DNA of 64,000 bases from a virus (lineage: Duplodnaviria > Caudoviricetes), in the IMG/VR virus record IMGVR_UViG_3300022543_000001, positions 1-64,000 of that record. The stretch is one strand, 5' to 3'. Position numbers and translations under genes: made by a program. Position 1 is the first letter of the stretch. Every line of letters starts with the position of its first letter. A model generated the notes under the pieces. The model saw nothing but the letters and a program-made list of their open reading frames with translations. It ran no database searches and was not told the origin of the DNA. Shown here piece by piece: positions 27,201 to 39,100 of the stretch.

Positions 27201-30163
27201 TCTCCTTGCTCATCTCTGTAACTATAGATTAGATCATTAATAGTTTGGAATGCTTCAGCTACATCAAATTTAGATTTAGCAGCTTCATTCATCCTAGCTT
27301 GTAGTTCTCTAAGTTCTGTTACTAATGCATTTCTGCTCTCCCAGTAACTAGGATCATACTCCATTCTTAGGTTCTGTCTTCTCCATTTCTCTAACTCAGC
27401 TTTAAAGTCTGCTGAACCAGGATAGATTCCTTTAGCTTCTAATAAATCTGAGAATTCATTGTATGCACTTTGTAGCAATCCTTCAATAGGTCTCCACTCA
27501 TAGAATCCTTTTGTAGCTGCTCTGTGCTCTTGTAAAACTTCAGCAATACTTAAGTCATAAACTCCGTTCTCTGGATCATCTACTTTAGAAGTACCATCTT
27601 CATACGTAAGAGAATACAATTGTTGGAACTCTCTGAAAGCAGCTTGAATACTAGAGTATTTTTCAAATCTCTCGTACTCATTCTCCATACTGTTTAATAA
27701 GTTATTATAAGCTTGTAGCTTTTGTTTTCTTACAAAGTATGCTAATTTACCTACCTCAGACTTTTTAAAGATATCATCTTTCTCATAGAACTCTGGTACA
27801 TATTCTTGCCACATGAAGTCTCTTTTGAATTGTTCAAACTCCATGATTGCATCAGCAATTTTTGTTTGGTCTTCTGACTTCTTAGCTTCTTCTATATTCC
27901 ACTCTAATAAATCATAGTGATATCTATAATCCTTATATTTATCCAAGTAAGAGTAAACTTCTTTTTCAATAGGCTTACCAGTTTCTTTATCAAAGTATAG
28001 TATTTTATCTTTGAATGCAAGCTTTTCTCTTAACTGAATAGAGTTTAGTTTGCTAAATCCTACTTTAGGTAAAAGCTCTTCTAGTTTCTTTCTGAATTTC
28101 ATTGATTGTTCCCAAACAACATTTTGTACCTGGGTTCTTTCATTCTGAATAAACATTGCTAATGGTCCTACTATAACATCATTACTTGAACTATAGCTCT
28201 CTAACCATCTGTTAAACCAAGTAACATCTTGAGCTCCTCCTGTAAGAGCTGCTCTAATCTTATCTTCATCAACAACTAGATCCTTGTATTCCTTGAGGAA
28301 CCCTTTTAATACATCCGCGGGAACACCTCGTTGCACTAATGCATCTACATCAGCATCAGTAAGAGTTTGTTGAACAACTTTATTATATAAGTCATCTACT
28401 GTTTTCTCTAATTGATCTGCAGGGAATGTTTGTTTTAATGCAATACCAAGGTTACCTTTAAGTCTATCTTGAATATACTTAGACATGTATCCAGTAATTT
28501 CTACATAGAACTGCACATTGTTATTCTTAAGAATGTTTGCAATGTTTGTATTGATTCGTGTAATGTTTAATACAATCTCATTTAATGTTTGATAGAAAGG
28601 ATTATTACTCTCAATTAACTTACCCTCTGGTGAAAGTGACTCATCAATTGCTTGAATCATTTTTAACCAAGCTTTAGAGTTTTGTTTATAAAGCATCAAT
28701 AAAGCAATAGTACTTCTATTGTTTATATTGGTAGTGCTGATTCTTGAAACATCAAGTAACATGTTTTGGGTCATGCTGTTGATAGTATCTAATGTATTTA
28801 CCAATGCTACTGCTCTTTGAAGATCTACATCTAGGGCCCCTTTAGCAGCATCTAATGCATTTTGAATCATCTCATCTTCTGTGAAACTTTCAGTGTCTAC
28901 ATTAAGATTGTCTTTTAGTGTGCTAACTACCTCACGTAAGTATCTGTTGGTTCCTTTTTCAAATAATGAATCCTTTAAGAATTTTTTTGATGCTTTGTCT
29001 CCTTTAAAGTTTTCAGCCTCAGTAAGAACTCTTCTATTGGTTTCATATATTTCCCGGACCACTTTGAGTTGTGACTCAGCATTGGAAAACTTGTTAAGTT
29101 CTTTTGCTCGGTCAACAACATTCCGTGAAAACATAACCAAATCCTCCTCTGTAATGTTGTCAGTTTTAAACTCAAAGTCTTTATCTAAGAGCATATCTGA
29201 CAACTCCTCTAATGTAGTATCAACATCTAGTTTTGCCACGTTCACTTTTGATCCAAACAAGCCTCTCAACAACTGTTTGATAGCAGCCATTAACTTGTTC
29301 ATGAAACTTTGGTAACCTTCTGTCTCTAGTTCATTATTGATTCTATTCAATGCTCTTAACTGCATAGCATAGGCAAGAACTTCTTCTTTAAATAAATCAG
29401 AGTTCTCTTCTAGTTCAGGATAGTTATTTAGTACATAGTACTTAATACCTTGACCTTCTTCTGTAGCTAATGCTTGATCATATAGTTTCTGAAATAGGAT
29501 GTTGTTTGTTTTTCTCAGTCCCTGTAACACTGGGTGAGAAAATTCATGAAGTACAGTTCTTACATTTACATTATCACCTACTATATAAACAGTACCAGCA
29601 TAATAAAATGCGGGTTCTCCATTGTATTTAACGGCTCTATTCTTTAAAATGTTTGCTGCTTCTTCTTGTGTAATAGTTTCAAATTGTGCACCAATACCTT
29701 TAGATAATCTTTGTGCAAGTACTTCAGCAATTTCTCTTGATCTTTCGTTTTGTAACTCATCAAGTTTTACATCCATAAATAATACACCATTAATCTCTTG
29801 TAAAGATTGATCTACTTTAGGATTATCTAAAGCTGGCATATCTTTAATCATCATTGCATCATCTGGTCTTGCATTATACAATTCCTGCAATCTTTCAAAA
29901 AGTTTTACATTAGGTTCAGCTCTAAGTACTCTATACTTTGCATCTCTCCAGTATGTAGATCTTTGTGGATCTACATGCTCAGACATATTAGTACTAAATA
30001 ACTTAGTACCATCAGTTTTTAGACCATACTTTGTTTCAGCCAATGCTGTTATCTGATCATTTAACTTATTAAAAAGATCTTCATTGATGATTCTTCTTAC
30101 ATCATTTGTAGCTCCTTTATCTTGTAAAAACTTTATTGAATTTAATTGTACTTGACAAACCAT
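24227..30163 (-). CDS. Large internal virion/ejection protein (zincin-like HExxH, LysM, C-terminal membrane helices)
   Basis: TVLHEFSH...EEVLAYA; LysM YVKGETLAEIAKKYYITVDELKAKNRI..LEDGQELII; FFAIGLALLSLMLFGF; adjacent to the virion RNAP. Confidence 0.75.
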   Translation of the reverse strand: MVCQVQLNSIKFLQDKGATNDVRRIINEDLFNKLNDQITALAETKYGLKTDGTKLFSTNMSEHVDPQRSTYWRDAKYRVLRAEPNVKLFERLQELYNARPDDAMMIKDMPALDNPKVDQSLQEINGVLFMDVKLDELQNERSREIAEVLAQRLSKGIGAQFETITQEEAANILKNRAVKYNGEPAFYYAGTVYIVGDNVNVRTVLHEFSHPVLQGLRKTNNILFQKLYDQALATEEGQGIKYYVLNNYPELEENSDLFKEEVLAYAMQLRALNRINNELETEGYQSFMNKLMAAIKQLLRGLFGSKVNVAKLDVDTTLEELSDMLLDKDFEFKTDNITEEDLVMFSRNVVDRAKELNKFSNAESQLKVVREIYETNRRVLTEAENFKGDKASKKFLKDSLFEKGTNRYLREVVSTLKDNLNVDTESFTEDEMIQNALDAAKGALDVDLQRAVALVNTLDTINSMTQNMLLDVSRISTTNINNRSTIALLMLYKQNSKAWLKMIQAIDESLSPEGKLIESNNPFYQTLNEIVLNITRINTNIANILKNNNVQFYVEITGYMSKYIQDRLKGNLGIALKQTFPADQLEKTVDDLYNKVVQQTLTDADVDALVQRGVPADVLKGFLKEYKDLVVDEDKIRAALTGGAQDVTWFNRWLESYSSSNDVIVGPLAMFIQNERTQVQNVVWEQSMKFRKKLEELLPKVGFSKLNSIQLREKLAFKDKILYFDKETGKPIEKEVYSYLDKYKDYRYHYDLLEWNIEEAKKSEDQTKIADAIMEFEQFKRDFMWQEYVPEFYEKDDIFKKSEVGKLAYFVRKQKLQAYNNLLNSMENEYERFEKYSSIQAAFREFQQLYSLTYEDGTSKVDDPENGVYDLSIAEVLQEHRAATKGFYEWRPIEGLLQSAYNEFSDLLEAKGIYPGSADFKAELEKWRRQNLRMEYDPSYWESRNALVTELRELQARMNEAAKSKFDVAEAFQTINDLIYSYRDEQGEPDSNAMGKTRLERIRDLEQSIADFKFRFDSSTGLSKEDSEELRELSEKARKGLLQAGSAESKRYMYLLDLLNDQGISPEDAARIQDIFSELSDLSVNMPTTYYVETLNYNLSKQNIKELEIDEIDDFINSEEFEEILEADDAFKSWFNTNHYVVQQYDKPTRSYIARYKRTKANTVSVPKDESNIKFTRILDRNGEEVVLMGVPNARHSRYQVKDQFRTIPFGEAKSDYVGKYIDNKNQWLPRLFDPSSKYSAVDSRFMNEKYFQMQAANSNEFKLLEAIKEYHLDNQKGQSSYSKLYLDLPRYALKKGDIYQAMQKGAYGQRFSELGANVKEWYNQALGKSVMDAENDLNYNPENNLVNTDLDGNQISYVPVSGIYNLDINVQDADIFQGLFRYALSVQTQGKLLESLPLVQSILDTLEDPDNAPKELEKFDKNIYSLKGALTNAKKKFATNNRLGQVKSLIEREYYGKMVEGIEETHPGFGKWINQLQGLSAMGSLAVNIPSDLKNKYGGYVQLIIEGAGAEFINLKDIALARPWAEKAMLEWSTKGIYQTGPGAISTQLIQIFDPNFKSKDQFGREVERSLVKDLVNMEWMYMHRKFGEMQVAVSLFGAFMYGQKVDQILGDGTKKAMRYIEAWEKDEDGIIRLKKGVHPGWNNLAVYHEYVKGETLAEIAKKYYITVDELKAKNRIKSEVQLEDGQELIIAKSELFMGLKNRIQGTSRKLFGAYDEMGQPEGNKLLLYRMFFFMRKWFTPMLMNRFGFDAKTITWTNGGDRYDWATTSYGKGFYITAFQTMLKTMKSGFKNYSYLTDQEKGAVRKMAGEGFFAIGLALLSLMLFGFDPDDDEKWKKLRAKSGAINEDSFNTYGFLANHMLLLAMGVQAESSAFIPLPNVKGINFGSDDYVKMITQTTTSWYNTVVLYIDIFGDVLDFVTFSEMDRYKRDSGPYSWKAEGELKIWSKLGKIFGLSGGTGDPVTQFENMVKNSSKRGS

Positions 30164-30164
30164 A

Positions 30165-33100
30165 TTATGAACATTTAAACGGATCTTCTTCTAATTCCAA
30201 TTGTGTTAATATTTCAGCATCTGAAATTCCTTGACTTGCACTCACTAAGTCTCTCATTTGGTCATACATAGTAGAACCTGGATTAACATATTGAAACTCT
30301 TCAAATAACCTCTTACTTAAATATACAAATAATTCTTGAGGCATGGTATTAGGATCACCAAATCCATACTCTGGAAATGCAATTTTACCATCTTTTTCTT
30401 GAATTTGTTTGATTATATTTATTCTTTTTTCCCAAATGTTTTTTAGTGTTTGGTATTGGTCAGGACTAAGGTCAACCTGTTTACCATTTACAACACTTGC
30501 AAATAAATTAGTTGGAAAATTAATAGACATGCTAGGTACTTCTGACATAAAGTTAGATGCACCACCTAGATTAGTACCTTTTGCAATTTGCTCAGGTTTA
30601 ATCTCATAGACACTTGTGTTGTGTACAAAGACTACGTCCGGATTATTTTTACCTATGTTAGTGTAATAGTATATGTTTTTAGCATTGCTATCATTATACA
30701 TAAATACTCCTTCCTTATCTGTAGATCGTAAACCAAGTCTTTTTACTTCAGCTGTAGTATCTAGATTTGTAGAATCTTCTTCAGCTACTTGCTGACCTCT
30801 TTGTGGTGTAGGTGCAACTGTAGGACTTATTCTTTCAGGATTAGCATAATCCATACCTGATAGATAGTCTTTGAATCTATTTTTATTTAGATTAGTAACT
30901 GAGTTTTGTCTAATAAACTGATCATAGAAATTGTCCAATACAGTAAATCCTTTTTTGTCTAAAGCATCTGTAAATTTACCAACTTCATCTTCTACAATAT
31001 TTAAGAAGTCTGTATAGTCAACAACATTTGTAAAGCTTAATTTAGTTTTGTTGAGACCTGTTTGTAAGAAAGCAAATGTGCTTAAGTATTTAAACATGTC
31101 ACTAATTCTAGCATTCTCTTGTGGATCACTAACTTTTTGTACAGTTGGATCAGCCAATCTTTTTAGATCATTGCTATAAAGATTTGACTTATCACTATCA
31201 AAACTCTTCTCAGCTAATAAGATGTTGAATGCCGTTTCAGTTTTATCTGAATCAAGTTTCAGTCTACCCAATACTGGATAGTCTTTTGCAAGCTCAGGAT
31301 TGTTTTGCAACAACTTAGACATTCTTACAGCAAAAGCATTGTCACTGTCTTGGAATAAGTGGAAGAAGTTATATGAATTATCTAGAGCTTTGATAGCTAA
31401 TAGTTTTTCATACGTATATCTTACAGCTTTTTCATTAGATAAGTCAGGGAAGAGTTCTTTTGTAGTTTTTAGTTCCTCTTGGAATTCTACTGATGTAGAG
31501 TAGTCCGTTGTAAGAGGGTAGACTGATCTTAAGTACTCTCGTTCTGAAACAAATTTTTGATACTCACTAAAGTTTGTTTCTTCATTATTCATAAATGTTG
31601 ATGGATGTAGTGGGTATAAGCCTCTATCTTCATAACTATTTTCTGCATCTGATCCTTCAATCCAAGCCTGTGATTTAAATTCTTTTTGTAACTGTTTAAC
31701 ATCTACATATAAAGTACCACCTTTGACAAATGCACCTCTCTTAAGTTCTTTTACAAGTGCAGTAGGAATTTTAGTCTCCATGTTTAAAGACATAAATCCT
31801 TCTTCAGCTTTATATTTTCTAAGAGCATTCTGTAAAATAAAACTTACAATATCATTTCTGAAGACATTGCTAAACATTTCAATGTTCTTACCAGGGAAAG
31901 TTGTTTCAAGATCATTTCTGATTTGATTCTTTCTTGCAATTAAGTAATCACTAATTTGCTTGTGATATCTTAATTTAAATAATGGTCTACTTACAGCTAA
32001 GGCCATAGGTCCGTTAAAGAAAGAACTGATGATAGAGTCATTCATCATACTATTCAAAATTTCTCTTGGAATTCTTGAATCAAACTCTAACTCCTCAATG
32101 TTAGCTTCACTTTGCTCTACATCAGAAAGAGTAGACTTAGTAGCCGTATCTGGATTAGAACTCATTTTAAGTGCTGTGTATCCAGAAATTTGTTGTTCTA
32201 ACTCAAGATAATGTAAGAACATAGCTTTTGCAATATCACTGTCTTTATCATTGCTGTTGATAAGATCTTCCATTTCCGTTAAAGTAAATGTTTTCTCTTT
32301 TCTATCTTTAAAGTGATCATTTAATAGCTCTTGTCCTTTCAAGTATCTAGCATCATTACTAGAATTTTTAGCTAACTCAGCCTTATCAAAATGGTTTTTA
32401 ATAACCTCAGATGCAGCTTTGTATTTTGCTAACCCTGGACTATCTGGTTTCTTATTAAGTACATCAGCAAATGTAGACTTAGCAAGACGTTGTTCATCTA
32501 CATACTCTCTTACCAATGGATTGGATACAAAATAGATTGCTTCTTGAACAGGTACACCTGCTTTAACTAAATAAAGCAATGTTGGAGCTACCTCATAGTT
32601 TCCTTGGATAAAGAAGATCCAAGCATCTTTTTCAACATCCACCCATCCATTCATCATTTGAGAAATAACATCCCCTACTTTATTGATACCATCAACATCA
32701 TATAAATCTGACATAGAGATAACTTCTTTGCCGTCAGCAGTCATCTTGTTATGTCTCAATCTCATGTTGCTCTTTCTCAACTCTCTTTTTAAAGTATATT
32801 CATCTGGCATATAAGCACCAAGTGAATTCATAATAACATTGAAAGTGTTTTCAATAGCACCAAGACCTAGAGTTTTCTTACCTACAATATTAGATTCGTG
32901 TTTGTATATATTATACATTGCTTCTAATACTCTTGTAGGACTGATTTCTCCAGTATTTTCTGTCATTTTATTATTCTTAGGATTGTACTCTGAAACTTTA
33001 TCTGATAATTTATCAGCAATATCCTTAAGAATAAATGTACCATTTGGCATGATAAGAGATGCATAGTTATCAGGAAGTTCAAGAATGTTTTTGATATCTT

Positions 33101-36100
33101 CTATAAGTTCATTTTCTAATGCAGCTTTTTGTTCTTTAACAGCTTTGGCAAAATTGTCAGTACCTCTAAGATTTTTTATTGTTTGATTGTCTTTATAACT
33201 ACGTTTAATCACATTACCATCCTCATCAAGTGTGTTCATGAAAATTGTAAGTTTATCAATATCAAAGTCACCCCCTGACTTAGCAACAATCTCTGCTGGT
33301 GGAATAATGATATTACCAGCTTGTGGTGGTAAGAATTCAAATACTTCAGCAAACTCCATAGAGTTAAGACCTTGTACAGGAATACGTACACCAACAAGAG
33401 TGATTGCTTTTCTAACAGCTCCTTCATTTGCATCTAACCAAGAGTCATCTTTAATTTTTTCATTCAGTCTTGCCAATGATTTGTCCATATCAAGTGTACC
33501 ATCTTCTAGGTAAACTCCTACAGTTTCATCATTAGCATATTCTAAGTTGAATAAATTATAATATGATCCTTGCATTGCTATCATAACTTTTGCAGCAGCA
33601 GTATAACCATTTGCTTTTTTATGATATGTAGGTAACAAGTAAGTTGTAGAGGCCCATTTTTTGATCTCATCTTTACTTGCTTTTCTTAAATCAGGCTCTG
33701 TAAATTGATTTGCATACAAACCAACAGATACTTGAATCAATGGTTCTCCTGTAACCTTTTGCTTGATTACTCTCTTGTTAATCATAGAAAGTAATAACTT
33801 CTCTATTTTAGCAGCTTCAGGATGGAAAGAAAGATCATGAACTAAATCACCATTGTTGTCAAATACATCTATAAACTCAATAAGATCATCACTCAGAACT
33901 TCTTCTCTTTCAAGATTAGTTCTGATCATGTTTACTAGTTTTGCAATGCTTGACTTATCTTTAGCTTTGTATTCACCAGGAGTAGTTTCTTCATAACCCA
34001 TTTCTTCAAGAAGCTCTATCTTTAATAGGTTAGTGTATTCTTCTACGTGGTCAATGTATTTCTTAACTCTTTCTTCTGTAATGTCTTGATATTTTGTAGA
34101 CTTGATTTTACCTTGTTGGTAAAGACCTTCAAGGATCAACTTTCTCAACTGTGTAGAGAAGATTGATTTACCTTTATAAGTTGCATTTACCTCTGTCTGA
34201 TTTTTCAAAAACTCAGCATAAATAGTATTAATTGTAAATTTTGAGTTTTTATCAAACGTACCATCAGGATTTAATACAACATCACCTTTTCCAATATGAC
34301 TTACTTTAGAACCAGATTCAAATAGAACATAGTCTATTTGATCTTTCATCATCTTTTCATGTAAGTCATACATCGGTGTACCCTCTTTCCCTACTCCAGG
34401 AATAATAGGAGCAAGTGAGAACTTATGGAAAGAGTTTACAGGAAGACCTGTTGATTCTATATTTCCAAAATACTGTAACTTGTAAGGAGGGAAAAACTCT
34501 ACTACATCTTCTGCAGTAATGTTTTGACCCATAGATACTTTTCTATACAACAACTCTTGTTGATCACTCCAGTTACCTTCTAGATGTTTTAATCTTCTAT
34601 AAGTCTCAAATCCTACAATACCTTGACCATCAGCAATTTTCATCTGTGGTTTATCAGTAGAAAAATACTCAGATGCTGCTTTATCAGCATTTTCTTTTGC
34701 TAATTTTCTATTTTTAGTTCTTGCATAGATTGCTTCTTCAATTTCATCTCTGTACTCTTTGTACATGACAGAATTAAATTGCATTTCTTTTATGATTGCT
34801 GTTTGTAAAGTACCATCATAATTTCTTACAGCATAGCCTCTTCTATCAGCATAGTAGTTCTTCAAAGAACTAACATAAATCTGTGCTCTTTTGTCTGCTC
34901 TAAATCCTTTACCACCAGATGCAAGACCAGCATTACGTTTATGGAATTCTTCTTTAGCATGATTGTATTGTACTAAATCTCCATATGCAATAATAACAGT
35001 CTCCATTTTGTGAATGAAGGAGTTATAGGTATAAGCTTTTACTAATGCAGTTTCTATGTCTTTTTCAGTAAGATCTTCATTTGTAACTTTGATTCTTTCT
35101 ATTAATCCTTTATCTACATACTTAGCTTTTTGAAGTCTAGTATAGTTAGCAGCTGTATCAATATCAAAGTATTTTTCAACATCTTTTCTAATTAAGTCTC
35201 TTAAAGTTGGATTGTTATCCAACTCAGTCATTAGATCAAAATCAGATAGTTTATTATCTGAAGCTGCATCAATTATAGAATACAATTCTTTTTGTGTAGT
35301 TGGTGAAAGGATATCATCAAATGCAGTAAATGCTTGTCCAGCCATAACTGCAGTTTTCTTACCATCTTTTCTTTTCACTTTTCTATTGTATCCAGCATAA
35401 TTTTCAAACTTATCAATATCCTGTTGGAATCTGAAAATTCTATTAGCTTCACCAGCTAGATAACCTTCAATAATATCATATGACTTGATTGTACCATCAG
35501 CATAAGGTAAGAAAGACTCCATATCAACATAAAGTTTAGAAGCTTTTTTACCATTATATGTTTTGATATCACCATCAATAGTCATACCCATAGCAGTGTT
35601 TTTAGAAGCATGTCTCATAAATTCCTCAACACCACTTAATAACATCGTATGGAACTCTTGTAGATATTTACTAGTAGCATCCATTGATGCTGTAGAAGTA
35701 CCTCCTTCATTTCTACGGCTTACCATCTGAGTACCGGCTACATTTTGTAATGTAATTTTTGCATCAGAAATCTTTTGACCATACGTTGGAGACATAGGAT
35801 CTAAATCAAATATAGAATTTAAAAGTTTTGAGAATGGGCTAAGTGTATTATTAGATTCATTCAACCATCTCATGTGTTTAAATCTTCCATTTGGATCAGC
35901 CTCAGCTGTTGTAAGTTGTTGCCAGTTGTCTGCGTAATTGATAGCTGTAACTATTCTTGTAATAGTATTATCAACCATGTGCTCCCATACTCTGTTTCCT
36001 TCAGGAGTTTGCACACTAAAGTTTGAATAACTGTCAGAGAATGCATTTTGTAGTCCTGCTAAAGCTCTGATTCTACCTCTTACTTCATCACTTTGTGATT

Positions 36101-39100
36101 GACTATCTCTAAGTGATTCTGGAAGACCATTAAGTAAATATGTAAGTGGATCCTTTTTAAATAAGAATGCATCTGCTGATGAACTTTTATTTACTTTTTT
36201 GATCACCTCGTACATTCTATCAATACCAAATGTTGTACTGAATGGAGTAGTTCTGTTGTTAACAATCTCTTTGATAGCAGAACTAGACTGATCTAATACA
36301 ATACCAATTGCTTGTAAAAACTCATTAGCTTTTCTGTAGTTAAATCTACCATCTGTACCAAACTCTTTTACAATTTTGCTTGTGTTTAGTATGTTATTAC
36401 CATACTTATCTTTTGATACATATGGATTAATTGTACTATCTGCAGTAACAAAGTTAGATTTCCAATCTTGGATTACTTGGTATACATCAAAGTTAGCTTT
36501 TGCAACACGGGCTTCAAAAGATTTATTTATACCTTCCTCACTTCTAGCTTCTTCCTTGTTTAAGTTAAGCTGTACATAAGGGATTCTTGGTTTCTTAAAG
36601 TCTTGCCAGAAATTAGTTTCAGAAGAGAACTCCATTGGAGTATACTGACCTAGGGCAGTTTTCTCATTAAAGAAAGGATTTGGTAATAACTTTTGTAATT
36701 GTTCAAGCTCAGGATAATTTTCAGAATTCTCAAAGATTCTTGAATACATATCCATTTCATCAAATGAACCTTCTAGTATTTTAGCAAGTCTATTCCATGT
36801 AATGTCAACATCTTGTAATACAGGGAGGCCAAAAAGACCATCTCTATTAGTTACAATCTCACCATTTTCTTTAGATACTTTAAAGATACTAGCTAATAAC
36901 ATCATAGTGTCTTCACTAGCAAGTTCTTTAGAAGAAATAGTGTTACCATCATTTAACTTAAACAAGTTACTCTTCTCAATATTACTTGGATCTTCAATCT
37001 CAATATACTGATCTCTCAATACACGGTATCTAGACTTCTCAAGATGATATGCTATAACATTGTTTTTCTCTCTACCGTCTAAACTGTCTGTTAGATTACC
37101 AAAATTAGATGTAATTTTATCTAACAGCTCTAACTCTTCAAGAAATTTAGGATCAGTAAGTAACTCATCATCTGCCTCTAAATCAGCAACATAAGCAATT
37201 CTTAATCTTTCAAATCTATCATAGATATCTCTGTAAAGATCTTTCTTATTCTCAGGATCCTTAAGAAGTTTTAATGCTGCAGCTGTAGTATTAAAGTCTC
37301 TATTATGAGCTTGGAATATAACAGACATCATACTGTCCATTGCATCAGCAATTTTCTTAGACTCTTCTAATGTAAAATTATCATTGATGATTTTGCTTCT
37401 GTTCAGTTTCCCAAACATAACATTATCCATAGAAGGTTTTAAACTTGATAGAATGCTAGGATTTTCTGAGGCTCTGTACAATTTGTCAAATAATTCTTTA
37501 ACAGACTCTACATCTTGCAAGCTTGTAGCAGCTTGTTGTTTAGTAACTTTACCAAAAAGCTTTTGGATAAACTGATAAATCTTATCAAATAACTTACCTA
37601 AGATTCCTCTGACTTCTTTTTTACCTTTTGATTTAGCATATGCTCTAAACTCTTCAGCCAAAGACTCTTCTATATCAAAGAAACTTTTTCCTTTGTACTT
37701 AGCTAATGTTTGTACTTCTTCATAAAGTTTGATCTTCTCATCCTTAGTTAAAAGTAATTGAGAGAAACCGTGCCATGCTTCATGATAAACATCAACCATA
37801 GTACCACCATCAGCTTCGTATAAAGTAATACCATAACCAGACCAGGTAGCAAATGCATCTGAGTTTACAATCTCCGTAACTCTTTCAAGACTAATGAACT
37901 TACTCAAAGGAGAGTTATTCCACCATGATTCAGCTTTTTGTCTGTCAGACTTAGATGTAAATACTTTGTCTAGGAATCTATCACGTAGCTTAGATCTATC
38001 TAACCCTTTCTTTTTATATAAAGCACTGTTAGATGAACCGTTAATGATATCATCTAGTAAGCTTACTCTTGTTGATGGATTGTTTCTAATGTTTGTTTCT
38101 TTAGCTTCAGCTTCTGTTTTAGAAGGTGTCTGTGCTGCAGTTACTGGTTTAGTACGTGTTTGTTTTTTAGGAGCAGGCTTTGGTGCTTCTTTATCAACCT
38201 TTGCTTTAGGAGCAGGTTTTGATTGAGTAGGTTTTGGTCTACCAACAGGAATAATCCCATCAAACTCAACAGTACCATCAGGTATTGCATAAGTAAGATA
38301 AGCATTCATACCATTCTCATAAGCATTAGTCTCAGTTGTATAAGTAACTTTGACATATGGTTTAATAGCTTCAAAATAATCTTTAGAAGATTCAGTTATC
38401 TTATCACCTTCAATAGAGTATTCTGTAAAAGTTTTACCCTTGTATTTATTATTGTATTGTACGTTAGCTGGCCAAAATTCATCTTTAACTTTGTCTTTTG
38501 GTCTAGCACTCAATAAATGATCTACAATAAGTTTTTTACCAGTTTCTGTATAAAGAACATCTTGAGGTATCTCTTTACCATTTAGTTCTACAAAGAATGT
38601 TTTCTCATTATTTACAATAAGAACTTTTGCTCTAATTCTATCTCTGTTATATGGAAGATTTGTTTTGTATCCTGTTTTAGGATCCTTCATTAAAGCATTA
38701 TTGATAAAGATTTCAAAGTATGCTTTTCTTTCATCTGGTGTTAACTCTCTACCTTTTAACTTTGCTGTAGTAGTTAATACTGTTGCAAGTTGTTCAGCTA
38801 AAGACTGATCAATGTCTGATCTTTGTAAAAATACTTCTTGGTCAACATTTAATCCTCCAGCTTTAGTTTTCTGAATGATAACATATTGTTTACCAGTATC
38901 TTTACCAGTTGTTATACCAGTATAGTTTTTAATATCTTCTTCAGTAAGACCTGCTTCTTCCAAAGTCATAGTCTTAACTGCAGTTCTTGGTATACCAAAT
39001 GTTCCTCCTAGTATTGGAAGAATGATTTGTAAATCACCATTTGACTCTTCAATTAATTTTCTTAACTGATAAAGCTCATTCATTTCTCTGTCTTGACGAT

